From a virus, in the IMG/VR virus record IMGVR_UViG_3300042390_000257, positions 2,477-66,476 of that record: a stretch of DNA of 64,000 bases; one strand, 5' to 3'. Below are positions 16,427 to 25,181 of this stretch, in pieces. Within the stretch, counting starts at the first letter, position 1; each line of letters begins with the position of its first letter. The notes under the pieces are model-generated. The model made no database searches, had not been told where the DNA came from, and was given only the letters and a program-made list of their open reading frames with translations. The position numbers and the translations under genes were made by a program.

Positions 16427-17841
16427 TGATCTTCTACATTGATGATGTCCATTGCCATCTTGTCAAGGATGTCGTTGGGCACTGGGGCGGTCAATTCTCG
16501 GGATACTTCTCCAGCCTTGGCTCCAAAGATTCGGGACAGAGCGCCCGCAGAACCGCGCGCTTCAACTTCCATACGGATTACATCACGGGTATCAGAGATA
16601 TCTTTAAACTTATTTACAAGGTTAAACATGCGATCAATCTCGCTACTGAGACCCGTATCCAGACCCTGACCTTCCATCTCTTCAGCGAACCTAGCGAACA
16701 TGACGCGACTAACTTGCATCTCTAATAAGGCTCTAAGTGCTGATTGAAGTTGGTCTTTTGTGCGGATTTCAACGGGAAGTTTGAAGCCACATTCTGTGTG
16801 TTCTTTATATGCAGGACATTTTGAAGCCAAATAGCAATTATCACAACTTCGCAATAGGTGATTTGCGTACCTAATTACGGTCGTTTCCTCAGGGTCAATT
16901 TCGTATTGTTCTCCCTGCTCAGAACTGGTTTTGTTACCTAAGGAAGTAATCGTTTCTATGCCCATAACTGGTAGCAATACACGATCATTCTCGTGCCGCT
17001 TTTCAGGGGGGGTTATAGCAATACTTGTACCCCCAGGAACCCCAACTTCTCCACTTGGTGTAGGGGGGGTTATAGCAATTATGTCACCGTTTTCATCGGT
17101 CATGGGTGTTGCCTCCGAGGGTCGTTTTGGTAGGTCATAGACCTTAGATTCCCATGCCTGCCATGACCTGATGGCGAGCATTGCTACCTCAGTAGTATCG
17201 TCTGCAATTACGAGTTCAGGGTTCAATCCGAGGCGCGCAATATCGGCGCGATGCTTCTTGCGAGCGGACTCTTTCTGCTGGGCTGGGTACCGCCGTAGAC
17301 CATGACCATCCCACACTTGGGTCTCGCCATAGCGCAGGACGCTAGTCCATGAGCCAATGACAACGGTGTGCCAAGGGAGCGCCTCAATGGAGTCGGGCTT
17401 ACTGGTTAGTCCGTAGAGGTGGGCACCCCAACGCTGGGACAGGGATCGGATTCGGGGTATGTTCTTACCATTAATCGCCTTGTCAGAAATAGCCACGCGA
17501 CCATAACGCTGACATAAGAATGCCAATCTTTCTAGGTCTTCGCCGTCAGACCACACCGGAATGTATTTATCTCCAAGCCATGTCCCGTCATAATCGGGGC
17601 GCCCGATAACAGTGGTGATGTTGTGTTCGTGTTGGCGTAGGAAGTCGTCAAATCGGGTGAGGTCTTCGTCGTTCTCTGAGGTGTAGATCAGGGTCTCTCC
17701 CGTGAAGACCTCAGATAGGACTAACTCCTTAGTCTTAGGGATTGGGAAGTGGGTTAGATTAACCCCAAACCGTATAACATCGGCTTTCTCAAGGATGCGA
17801 CGGTGTGAGCCTTTCTCGGCTCCACCAAAGAATACCCTCAT
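16423..17841 (-). CDS. Hypothetical protein; N-terminal half possibly TGT/DpdA-like barrel, C-terminal Cys cluster
   Basis: 472 aa; AHLYG...SWTSVLRYG recalls TGT-like proteins (weak); CDNC-x5-C-x8-C. Confidence 0.6.
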   Translation of the reverse strand: MRVFFGGAEKGSHRRILEKADVIRFGVNLTHFPIPKTKELVLSEVFTGETLIYTSENDEDLTRFDDFLRQHEHNITTVIGRPDYDGTWLGDKYIPVWSDGEDLERLAFLCQRYGRVAISDKAINGKNIPRIRSLSQRWGAHLYGLTSKPDSIEALPWHTVVIGSWTSVLRYGETQVWDGHGLRRYPAQQKESARKKHRADIARLGLNPELVIADDTTEVAMLAIRSWQAWESKVYDLPKRPSEATPMTDENGDIIAITPPTPSGEVGVPGGTSIAITPPEKRHENDRVLLPVMGIETITSLGNKTSSEQGEQYEIDPEETTVIRYANHLLRSCDNCYLASKCPAYKEHTECGFKLPVEIRTKDQLQSALRALLEMQVSRVMFARFAEEMEGQGLDTGLSSEIDRMFNLVNKFKDISDTRDVIRMEVEARGSAGALSRIFGAKAGEVSRELTAPVPNDILDKMAMDIINVEDH

Positions 17842-18320
17842 ATGTCACCCCATGTCCTTTCAGACTTTTTGAGCGCCTGAGCGTCAAGTTCATCTACCAC
17901 AGTATCCCATGCTCGGATGCTGTTGGGGGTATGGAACTCGGGGCGCATGAATTGGGGGACAGCCATCAGGAGGGCTGTAATGCCCTGTTTAACGGCATAG
18001 GCACAAGTCTCGGGGTCGGTATCTATATAGAAGTGTGGACGACCTAATGCTGAGGCAATCGTCCATACGGCTTCGGCTCTAGGTGTTGAACCATCGCGCA
18101 CGAGATCGGTCGTTTGATAGATAGCAGAGACCTTATAACCCTCTCGCTTAAGCCATGTCTTAACCATCTCAATGTCGTCGTCTGCATCAGCAACAAGATA
18201 AACACGACCCATGTACTTGTGGAAAAACGAGTCCCATAGGCGCCGACCTTCCATGCTCGGCTGACGCTGACCAAAGGTAGGTGCTTTGGTGGCTAACGCA
18301 TCAAAGTGAAAGATGATCAC
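17838..18320 (-). CDS. Hypothetical protein, possibly degenerate HAD fold
   Basis: 160 aa; N-terminal IIFHFDAL and FYIDTDP. Confidence 0.6.
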   Translation of the reverse strand: MIIFHFDALATKAPTFGQRQPSMEGRRLWDSFFHKYMGRVYLVADADDDIEMVKTWLKREGYKVSAIYQTTDLVRDGSTPRAEAVWTIASALGRPHFYIDTDPETCAYAVKQGITALLMAVPQFMRPEFHTPNSIRAWDTVVDELDAQALKKSERTWGDI

Positions 18321-18775
18321 GAATCATACATCCCTTTAGCGGTACGATTCTTGTGGGTCACAAACTCTTGCGCTGGGCAATAATGGCAGAGATATTGGCG
18401 TTGAGTCTTTGGGATACCGATCTTGCGACCAATGGTCTTGCTGTCGTCTTCATAGTCAATGCACATGCCTGCTGGGCGGTTGTGGCGACTGAAGCACTTG
18501 AGAGCCTCTACCTTGAGGTCGTCACGCACCTCGCGCACTTCAATTTCGTTCTTCATCAACTCTTTTTTGACTTGGGTCTCATCACCGAGTTTTTCCCATG
18601 TGGCTTGGTCACAACGGAGAATCATGGATTTATGAGCATCGGGGTCGGGGTTAGAAGCCTGACCTAAATGACGCTGACATAACTCAATGAGTTCCATGTC
18701 GTACTCGGCAGGACCTTCATAGTCCTTCATTCGGTACATGGTTCCACAGGACTGGCATGTCAAAAGACGAGGCAT
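18317..18775 (-). CDS. Cys-rich hypothetical protein
   Basis: CQSC...YLCHYCP; TAAGGAG SD. Confidence 0.75.
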   Translation of the reverse strand: MPRLLTCQSCGTMYRMKDYEGPAEYDMELIELCQRHLGQASNPDPDAHKSMILRCDQATWEKLGDETQVKKELMKNEIEVREVRDDLKVEALKCFSRHNRPAGMCIDYEDDSKTIGRKIGIPKTQRQYLCHYCPAQEFVTHKNRTAKGMYDS

Positions 18776-18807
18776 ATTGTTCTCCTTATTAGTTACAAAT
18801 AGTTAAA

Positions 18808-19005
18808 TCAGTTGTATTGCGCGGTTTGAACGACAGCCATTTTGATGTCATTCATGTCGTACTGCGCCTGAAGCATCATGGCGCGTTCACGGACATCTTG
18901 CATTTCAACCTCGCCACCGCGGTTGGGTGGAAGGCTTTTGAAGACACCATCATTGATGCCGTGTTGAAGGTCTTCGTTCATTGATCGTGAGTTATTAACT
19001 GCCAT
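18808..19005 (-). CDS. Hypothetical protein
   Basis: 65 aa, TAAGGAG SD. Confidence 0.7.
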   Translation of the reverse strand: MAVNNSRSMNEDLQHGINDGVFKSLPPNRGGEVEMQDVRERAMMLQAQYDMNDIKMAVVQTAQYN

Positions 19006-19032
19006 GGTTACTCCTTAGTTAGTTTAAGTATA

Positions 19033-19650
19033 TCAGTCCCAGGGATCGCCGTCAAAACCAGAGGTGTCAGGTGCTTCTCTATCCTTCATACCTTTTCTAG
19101 CCTTACGATCACGGTTTGCGTCCCTAGCCATCTTAAAAAGTTCTTTAGCCGACCGACCAGTGTCTCTCACGGTCCATTTAGCGCCTGGTTCCATCACTAA
19201 CTCACCATCTTCATTGTAACTAGTAGCGCCTTTTTTCTTAGTAGAACTACCGCTATCTTGGCTACCACTGTCTTCACTGTCATCACCAAAACTGGGGAAT
19301 GGCGCAATTTCGGAACCATCTTTTCTACGCCGTGGTGCTTCGTTTTCGTTTTCGCCCTCAGAGCCAACTATTCGCACATCTTGTGGTTTTGATGGTTTCA
19401 TTCCTTGATATAAATCATTTGCCACTTTTGCAGCACCATCAAGGGCTTCAAACTTAAATGATGGCATTTTTGATCCTGACCAGTCTCGCTGTATACCCGA
19501 ATTGGATGGGGTAAATTGACCGAGGCTTGGAGCCTTGGGGAACTGGATGTCCTTTTGGGCAAAATTAGCAGGCATTTGGTAATTGGTGGTTGGTAGGGAA
19601 CCTTGAAAGTTCCGACGCCGACTACTGTTACTGTTAGAGGTATCGCTCAT
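19033..19650 (-). CDS. Low-complexity hydrophilic hypothetical protein
   Basis: ATG 19650 overlaps the upstream stop (ATGA). Confidence 0.65.
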   Translation of the reverse strand: MSDTSNSNSSRRRNFQGSLPTTNYQMPANFAQKDIQFPKAPSLGQFTPSNSGIQRDWSGSKMPSFKFEALDGAAKVANDLYQGMKPSKPQDVRIVGSEGENENEAPRRRKDGSEIAPFPSFGDDSEDSGSQDSGSSTKKKGATSYNEDGELVMEPGAKWTVRDTGRSAKELFKMARDANRDRKARKGMKDREAPDTSGFDGDPWD

Positions 19651-19937
19651 CCTAATGACTCCATTGAATAGCGCCCAGTTCCTGTCCATTCGCCTGAAGC
19701 GAGTTCTGTGCGTCTTACGGGCATGCCTGAGAGCCACGAGCGATTGCTCGCGGCGTAACGGTTAATAGACAGGATGTCGTTGATACCAGCGACCATCTTG
19801 ACCATTCCTCGTGTCTCAGGGAATAACACTTGTGGGTGTGCAGGGCGAATCTCACGAATAGTTTTGGGGTCGCTAATCGCGGCTTCTAGAGCCTGATCAA
19901 CGAGAAACTCTTCGTGGGATTGCCAAGGTTTTGCCAT
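19647..19937 (-). CDS. Hypothetical protein
   Basis: 96-aa ORF MAKPWQS... Confidence 0.7.
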   Translation of the reverse strand: MAKPWQSHEEFLVDQALEAAISDPKTIREIRPAHPQVLFPETRGMVKMVAGINDILSINRYAASNRSWLSGMPVRRTELASGEWTGTGRYSMESLG

Positions 19938-19946
19938 TATTTGCTA

Positions 19947-20114
19947 CTAACGACTTTTACGCAAAGGTTGGTCTTCGTAACTCTCATCTTCGGTAGATGG
20001 TGCTTCGTGAAGATCAAGACCTAATGGGTCAGTATCTTCATTTGCTTTTAATAGCCGTGCATAGTGTGAATTGCGATCTGTTTTTCGTGCGGGGCGCTTA
20101 GCCTGCTCATCCAT
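19947..20114 (-). CDS. 55-aa protein of the R(K/R)TDR-leader family (not in ORF track)
   Basis: MDEQAKRPARKTDRNSHYARLLKANEDTDPLGLDLHEAPSTEDESYEDQPLRKSR*; TAAGGAG SD. Confidence 0.7.
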   Translation of the reverse strand: MDEQAKRPARKTDRNSHYARLLKANEDTDPLGLDLHEAPSTEDESYEDQPLRKSR

Positions 20115-20116
20115 GG

Positions 20117-20287
20117 CTATTTCTCCTTAGTTTTAAGTACAGGTCTTTGCTTAGGTTGATTATTAAAAGTTTTATGTACAGATGCTTTAATAGTTTCGCC
20201 TAATGTTTTGAAGTCATCGCTAATTTCGTCAGCAGATACTGACTTGAGCCGTGGTCGTTGGAATTGTGGTCCGTTGAGTTGAGTCAT
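20117..20287 (-). CDS. 56-aa hypothetical protein (not in ORF track)
   Basis: MTQLNGPQFQRPRLKSVSADEISDDFKTLGETIKASVHKTFNNQPKQRPVLKTKEK*; fills the gap. Confidence 0.6.
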   Translation of the reverse strand: MTQLNGPQFQRPRLKSVSADEISDDFKTLGETIKASVHKTFNNQPKQRPVLKTKEK

Positions 20288-20290
20288 GAT

Positions 20291-20635
20291 TTAAGCAAAG
20301 GGGTCAGTAACATTATCCATGTTGGTCTGATGAATCCGCATGTTTTCTTTATGCGCTTTTCGGTCACTGCGTGACGCCTTTCGCGCAACTCGCCCAGCAC
20401 CAGGTCCTGAGTCAGGGGCGCCTAAGGCGTCTAGACCCTTATTGATGAGTTTCCCAAGACCAATAGGTGACCGTGAAGGCGGTTCTTCAGGAGACCTTGG
20501 GAATGAGCCATCCATGCTGTCGCCACCACCTGAGCCATCTGAGTATGGCTTGTAGTTTGTGCTGAATGCACTGGTGCGTTCTGCATGTGCTCCACGATCT
20601 GTTCGTCGTGCTGGGTGTTGAGACTGTGAGTCCAT
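20291..20635 (-). CDS. R(K/R)TDR-leader family protein
   Basis: MDSQSQHPARRTDRGAHAER... Confidence 0.7.
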   Translation of the reverse strand: MDSQSQHPARRTDRGAHAERTSAFSTNYKPYSDGSGGGDSMDGSFPRSPEEPPSRSPIGLGKLINKGLDALGAPDSGPGAGRVARKASRSDRKAHKENMRIHQTNMDNVTDPFA

Positions 20636-20638
20636 AGT

Positions 20639-20821
20639 TTAATAATCCTCTTTCCACATTTTTGCTTGGTTTGACATTCTGTTCATGGCGCTACGGCGTG
20701 TATCGGGGTCCATGTCGTCGTCCCAGTCACCAGTACCATAGTACTCATCTTGCTTACTGATACGCGTGTTATGTGCGTAACGGTCTGTCTTGCGGTTTGG
20801 GTTTAATGATTGTCCGTCCAT
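20639..20821 (-). CDS. R(K/R)TDR-leader family protein
   Basis: MDGQSLNPNRKTDRYAHNTR...; ATG overlaps the upstream TAA. Confidence 0.7.
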   Translation of the reverse strand: MDGQSLNPNRKTDRYAHNTRISKQDEYYGTGDWDDDMDPDTRRSAMNRMSNQAKMWKEDY

Positions 20822-21060
20822 TACCACATGCGTCCTTCTTCGTAATAGTTATTTGCTGGTACCACACCTTTGGATTCAGCATGACCAGTGCGGAAATGAA
20901 CTTGGCGTGGGTTTAAAGAACGCTCGTCCCACTGTCGTGGTTCACGCCAGTCACCACTTGAGTTATCGCGGTCGTTGGGAGTGGTCGGTGGCTTTTTACG
21001 ACCACCACCGCTACCCATACTTCCACCAGCAAGTGGCTGTAGTTCTTTAACAACTTCCAT
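20821..21060 (-). CDS. Hypothetical protein
   Basis: 79-aa G/P-rich ORF. Confidence 0.6.
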   Translation of the reverse strand: MEVVKELQPLAGGSMGSGGGRKKPPTTPNDRDNSSGDWREPRQWDERSLNPRQVHFRTGHAESKGVVPANNYYEEGRMW

Positions 21061-21066
21061 GGTGTT

Positions 21067-21351
21067 TTACTTGCAGTCGCAGTTAGGCGTACCGCAATCA
21101 CAATCTTTTTTGATGGTCACTGGGTATGACGGACCAGTGGGGTCCTTTGCAGTCATGTAGCCATGCATAGCAATGGCTTCAGCCTGTGATTCAACGGGAC
21201 CCCAAGCCTCATCGTACATACTGTCACCTTGTTCATAGTCGTCACCCATGTACGCTTGGGTGCCACCGTAGGCAGGTGCGTTTACAGAGGTGTTCCAAGC
21301 CCGTGCTTGCTGGCGGTTACGACCGTGAATGCTAGGCATTACTTTTGCCAT
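21067..21351 (-). CDS. Hypothetical protein with C-terminal CDCGTPNCDC
   Basis: 94 aa, TAAGGAG SD. Confidence 0.65.
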   Translation of the reverse strand: MAKVMPSIHGRNRQQARAWNTSVNAPAYGGTQAYMGDDYEQGDSMYDEAWGPVESQAEAIAMHGYMTAKDPTGPSYPVTIKKDCDCGTPNCDCK

Positions 21352-21374
21352 GATAATTACTCCTTAGGATGTGT

Positions 21375-21860
21375 TTACTTCCACATTGGTGCAAGTGATT
21401 TTAGCATGCTTCTTCGTTGCATATCTATAATTTGCTTGTCGGGGCGCTCTAACCCACGCGGAATACCACGAGGTCCTGCCTTGCCGTCATTAGTTAATCG
21501 GACTGGTTCTGCTCCTGGGGGCGCAAACTTCTTACCCTTAGATTCAAGCATGACCCCAGTTAAAAGATTAAATTCTTGAGGCCAAATATAATCCCCAGCA
21601 TTAATCCGCTCTCCTTTATGAACTCCGCGGGAATATGCCCGCTGATTGGCACGAATCGCACTAGACAGTTTGTCCTGACGGCGGTTGCTGGACATGGTCC
21701 CAAGATACCCATCGGGGTATTGGGTGTCAGGACCAACTCCAAATGCAGAGATGCGCTGATCCTTGGCGCTACGGAATACAGGCGTTGGACCCGTTCCCGA
21801 GACCATGCCTGATTCAGGGCTAGATGATGGGGACTGCCAGTTGGCAAATGAGGTAGCCAC
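21375..21860 (-). CDS. Hypothetical phage protein
   Basis: 161 aa; YPDGYLGT...RRQDK...YSRGVHKGERI looks like a conserved block. Confidence 0.75.
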   Translation of the reverse strand: MATSFANWQSPSSSPESGMVSGTGPTPVFRSAKDQRISAFGVGPDTQYPDGYLGTMSSNRRQDKLSSAIRANQRAYSRGVHKGERINAGDYIWPQEFNLLTGVMLESKGKKFAPPGAEPVRLTNDGKAGPRGIPRGLERPDKQIIDMQRRSMLKSLAPMWK

Positions 21861-21997
21861 TAGCCACCAAATCCCGGAGATGTACCAGTGAACATGCCAC
21901 CTTGACCGCCACCGAAAGGCTCTACAGGGCGTGGTTTTTTAGTTCCTCGCTTGAGGAACTCATTACGGGGGTCAGGTCGGTATGTTTTCTTTGCCAT
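21860..21997 (-). CDS. 45-aa hypothetical protein (not in ORF track)
   Basis: MAKKTYRPDPRNEFLKRGTKKPRPVEPFGGGQGGMFTGTSPGFGG*; 1-nt overlaps at both ends. Confidence 0.55.
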   Translation of the reverse strand: MAKKTYRPDPRNEFLKRGTKKPRPVEPFGGGQGGMFTGTSPGFGG

Positions 21998-22158
21998 CAG
22001 TCGTAATCGTCCCATTCATAATCTTTAACTTTGGGTTTAACTTTGCTCTTATCTTTAGATGCTTTTCTTACATAGTAAAGATCGTCATCTTCATCATCAG
22101 TTGAGTATCCCAAATTGTCCAGCATGTCATCCCATGAGGGTGGGTCTAGCGGTGCCAT
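21997..22158 (-). CDS. 53-aa hypothetical protein (not in ORF track)
   Basis: MAPLDPPSWDDMLDNLGYSTDDEDDDLYYVRKASKDKSKVKPKVKDYEWDDYD*. Confidence 0.55.
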   Translation of the reverse strand: MAPLDPPSWDDMLDNLGYSTDDEDDDLYYVRKASKDKSKVKPKVKDYEWDDYD

Positions 22159-22170
22159 ATTGTTAGCCTT

Positions 22171-22908
22171 TTACTTCTTTTTTCTACTCTTTTGTTGCTT
22201 TTTTTGGAATTGTTCCCACGGCATGGTTCCACCATCTTTGAGATGTCTTGCGTGTGCATCTCGGTCAATGTTTTCCAATGCCTGTTCTCGTGTTGCGTCT
22301 GCCTCTGCCTTGCGCTTGGCATGGTGCTCACGGTTCTCGGCTTGTTCTTCCTCGCGGGTCTTGGCGCGAGGTACTTCACCCTGAGTGACCGTCAGTGGGT
22401 CTGTCAAATCTCTAACGCGCGTAGCCTGTGTCCGAGCGCGGTCTGACATTTCAGGAGTCACCATTGATGGGGCACCTGATGGAGCACGATAGATGGGTGC
22501 GCCAGTATCTTCCATCATTCGTCGGATTTCATCGGAATGACGGATCGCGCGTTCTGCGACTCGGGCGTCTTCCAAACGACCAAGCACTGGGTCAAGTCGT
22601 TGGTTACCTAACACGCGACCGCTACGCGTGGTAACCGTGAAGTTCGGGATGCTCGTAGAAACAAAAGATGAGCCTCCAGGGTAACCACTCCGTGTTCGTG
22701 GAGTTGTGCCAGTACCCGTTCCACCAGTGGCTCTTTGACCACCAACCCCTACATCAGGAATGTCACTACTAGGAGGAGAACCAACACGACCAGTGCCTGT
22801 AGTGGGGTCTGGTTTATCGGGGTCGTAAGCACCTACTCCCCAAAAAGATTGTGCGCGACTAATGCGCGACATTGCTTCTTTATATGCCTTTGAGACATCG
22901 TCAGCCAT
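22171..22908 (-). CDS. Low-complexity hypothetical protein
   Basis: 245-aa G/T/R-rich ORF. Confidence 0.7.
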   Translation of the reverse strand: MADDVSKAYKEAMSRISRAQSFWGVGAYDPDKPDPTTGTGRVGSPPSSDIPDVGVGGQRATGGTGTGTTPRTRSGYPGGSSFVSTSIPNFTVTTRSGRVLGNQRLDPVLGRLEDARVAERAIRHSDEIRRMMEDTGAPIYRAPSGAPSMVTPEMSDRARTQATRVRDLTDPLTVTQGEVPRAKTREEEQAENREHHAKRKAEADATREQALENIDRDAHARHLKDGGTMPWEQFQKKQQKSRKKK

Positions 22909-22910
22909 AA

Positions 22911-23201
22911 TTACCTCTCTACAGGTTTGAAGGACATAGCACTTATTGTAGTACCATTTTCGCCTTCAATGTCATCAAAACCTATGACAAAGGTGAGGTC
23001 AACACCGCGTGGTGCAACGAAACCACGGGCAATAGCGCAAGCCTTGACGGCTTGGTTAACGGCTGATGCTCCGATAGCGCGAATCTTAGGTTGCTGTTTA
23101 GCGATAACTGCACGAGCAACGATTGAGCCGACGCTTTGGGGATTACTGCTACCTGACACTTTAATAATGTCCTCTAGCGGCGCATTTAATTCTTGAGACA
23201 T
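22911..23201 (-). CDS. spoVS: Stage V sporulation protein S (SpoVS) homologue
   Basis: IIKVSGSSNPQSVG...AIGASAVNQAVKACAIARGFVAPRGVDL matches the SpoVS signature. Confidence 0.93.
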   Translation of the reverse strand: MSQELNAPLEDIIKVSGSSNPQSVGSIVARAVIAKQQPKIRAIGASAVNQAVKACAIARGFVAPRGVDLTFVIGFDDIEGENGTTISAMSFKPVER

Positions 23202-23241
23202 TTGTACTCCAATATAAAAGGGTTTGTTTAACCCCCTTATC

Positions 23242-23613
23242 TTAGAAGTAATTAGCCTCTTTAAGCAGTTCTATGAGGTCATCAAGGCGTAAGACAGCAT
23301 AAGTATCACCTAGTGAATTAACTCCCTTATTTGGTCGTTTAACTACTAGAGCAGGAATTGCGTCACCCTTTTGCTTGGCTTGTTCTACTGTGGCATCAAG
23401 CCACTGGCTGAGTTGGAACTGCCGTTGGTTCTTACATTGAACAATAGCATTTCTACCAGTTACTCGGTTTTTAATACCGTTGATATCGCCAGTATCAGCA
23501 CCACCCTTGAGTGGTGTGCGCTCTGCGTCGGGGAAGCCATGCTCATTGAGGTAGTTCTTAATCATCGTTTCAAACGATGTACCTTTTTGTTTAGATGGAT
23601 TTGCCACCATCAA
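23242..23613 (-). CDS. Holliday junction resolvase (Hjc-like PD-(D/E)XK)
   Basis: ANPSKQKGTSFE...DTGDI...VQCKN...WL. Confidence 0.85.
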   Translation of the reverse strand: MMVANPSKQKGTSFETMIKNYLNEHGFPDAERTPLKGGADTGDINGIKNRVTGRNAIVQCKNQRQFQLSQWLDATVEQAKQKGDAIPALVVKRPNKGVNSLGDTYAVLRLDDLIELLKEANYF

Positions 23614-23819
23614 CCCTTTTTGAAAGCCTTGAGGATGTCATCAGTACTCTTGTTATCCCATTTGTACATTGATGCAATAATCTGAGCCAGTTTGTCACGG
23701 TCAGCCATAAGGGTCTCAATGAGATGAACCGCCTCAGCAAATTTGGTGACATCGTAAGAGACGCCTGACGCCGTGTTGATGGTTTGCTTATTTTTGAGCC
23801 ATTCGTAAATGTCACTCAC
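23610..23819 (-). CDS. Hypothetical protein
   Basis: 69-aa ORF coupled to neighbours. Confidence 0.65.
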   Translation of the reverse strand: MSDIYEWLKNKQTINTASGVSYDVTKFAEAVHLIETLMADRDKLAQIIASMYKWDNKSTDDILKAFKKG

Positions 23820-24316
23820 GCTGTGTACCTTGCCATTCTGTTGTCCTTACTACCAAGACCGATACGCCGTGATAGTTCGCGGGATAATAGTTGCGCCCCG
23901 CGTTCGCAGGTATCAAACATAGTCTGTACCAGTTTACGATATGCGCGAGCAACTTGGTATGCCTCCTGCTGGGCAACCACTGCTGGGTCTACATCGCGTC
24001 GTGCTTTAGCCAAGGTTACTCGGTCAGCCTTGTCGGCTGAGTTCCACTGGCTAATAAGAACCATGGACTCAGACAGTCGGCACTTGTGTGACTGCTTGTC
24101 TTCGTCAATCTCAGCCTTGACTAACTCAGCCTGTGAGTATGAGACCCAACCCATGAACTCTCTATAGAGATTCATCAGATCGGCGTCTGACAACCCGTCT
24201 AGGTCCCTCGGTATCTCGGGTGGGGATTCCGCTGGTCTCGCTGGGAGACTGAACTTGTCCGTGAACCTCTCCAACGGATCGTTGGACGGTACTGATCTGA
24301 TTATTCGTGTCATCAT
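23816..24316 (-). CDS. Helical protein, possibly UvsY-like recombination mediator
   Basis: All-helical pattern ending LLSRELSRR; lies in the RecA/Cas4 cluster; function inferred from context. Confidence 0.6.
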   Translation of the reverse strand: MMTRIIRSVPSNDPLERFTDKFSLPARPAESPPEIPRDLDGLSDADLMNLYREFMGWVSYSQAELVKAEIDEDKQSHKCRLSESMVLISQWNSADKADRVTLAKARRDVDPAVVAQQEAYQVARAYRKLVQTMFDTCERGAQLLSRELSRRIGLGSKDNRMARYTA

Positions 24317-25181
24317 CTTCTCCCCAGCATTTGTTTTTGTATGGGCATTTCTTGCATGTTGCGTTGTCTATTCCTGACGCCCACATTGGGCGCATAGGTG
24401 GTCTCTTGCCTTCAAGATGAGAGACCACATCTTTGCATCCTTCAAGGATACTCTCAATAATCTCAGGTTGGAACCTGACATTGAATTCTTTTACATCCTG
24501 CGTTGGCTTCCACTCGTATATAAATGCCAGTTCGTGAATACCCATACAGAACATGTACATGTTTGCTTGGCGGAGATGGGATGGGAATGGCTTACGAATG
24601 CGATTCCATAATTCATCTATGGTTATTTCACCCTTAGAGTAAGGCACAAATAACTCAGGAGCCTCAAACCTAATGGTCCCAGTACCCACACTCTTGATCT
24701 CAATCAAAAGTTGACCGTTTGCGTCTTCAACGATTCCATCTGCATGACCCGTGATGTTGTATTCCTCATTACGGATCGGGACTTCGGCGTATCGGATACT
24801 GTTGGAACCGCATTCACAATTAGTAAAGTCGTCCGTTGAGGTGAAACCACAGGCATTGCATTTGAATAGCCCCCGTAGAACTCCAGCGTTTCGTAACCAC
24901 TGTTGCCACTTATGGTGGATGGCGTTACCTTCAGCAAAGATGTTAAGACGACCAAAAGTGAGTGTCTCGGCTGGTTTAGGGAAACCCTTAATCGCATACC
25001 ATGACGAGCGCGGACACCAATCCTTCTTGCAGATTTCGCTGGGGTGTAAGCCTAAGGTATCGCGCTTAGCCTGACCATTGGCATTCTCTAATGACGCCTG
25101 GACTCGGACAATTGGTACGATCCGTCCAGTTGATTTGGCATTTTCTTTGAACTGGTCTAATAACCATTTACTGCTACTCAC
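24162..25181 (-). CDS. Cas4-like PD-(D/E)XK exonuclease
   Basis: HPSEI...CPR, GNAIH, GHADG, LIEIKS, QANMY, CKKCPYKNKC. Confidence 0.88.
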   Translation of the reverse strand: MSSSKWLLDQFKENAKSTGRIVPIVRVQASLENANGQAKRDTLGLHPSEICKKDWCPRSSWYAIKGFPKPAETLTFGRLNIFAEGNAIHHKWQQWLRNAGVLRGLFKCNACGFTSTDDFTNCECGSNSIRYAEVPIRNEEYNITGHADGIVEDANGQLLIEIKSVGTGTIRFEAPELFVPYSKGEITIDELWNRIRKPFPSHLRQANMYMFCMGIHELAFIYEWKPTQDVKEFNVRFQPEIIESILEGCKDVVSHLEGKRPPMRPMWASGIDNATCKKCPYKNKCWGEDDDTNNQISTVQRSVGEVHGQVQSPSETSGIPTRDTEGPRRVVRRRSDESL

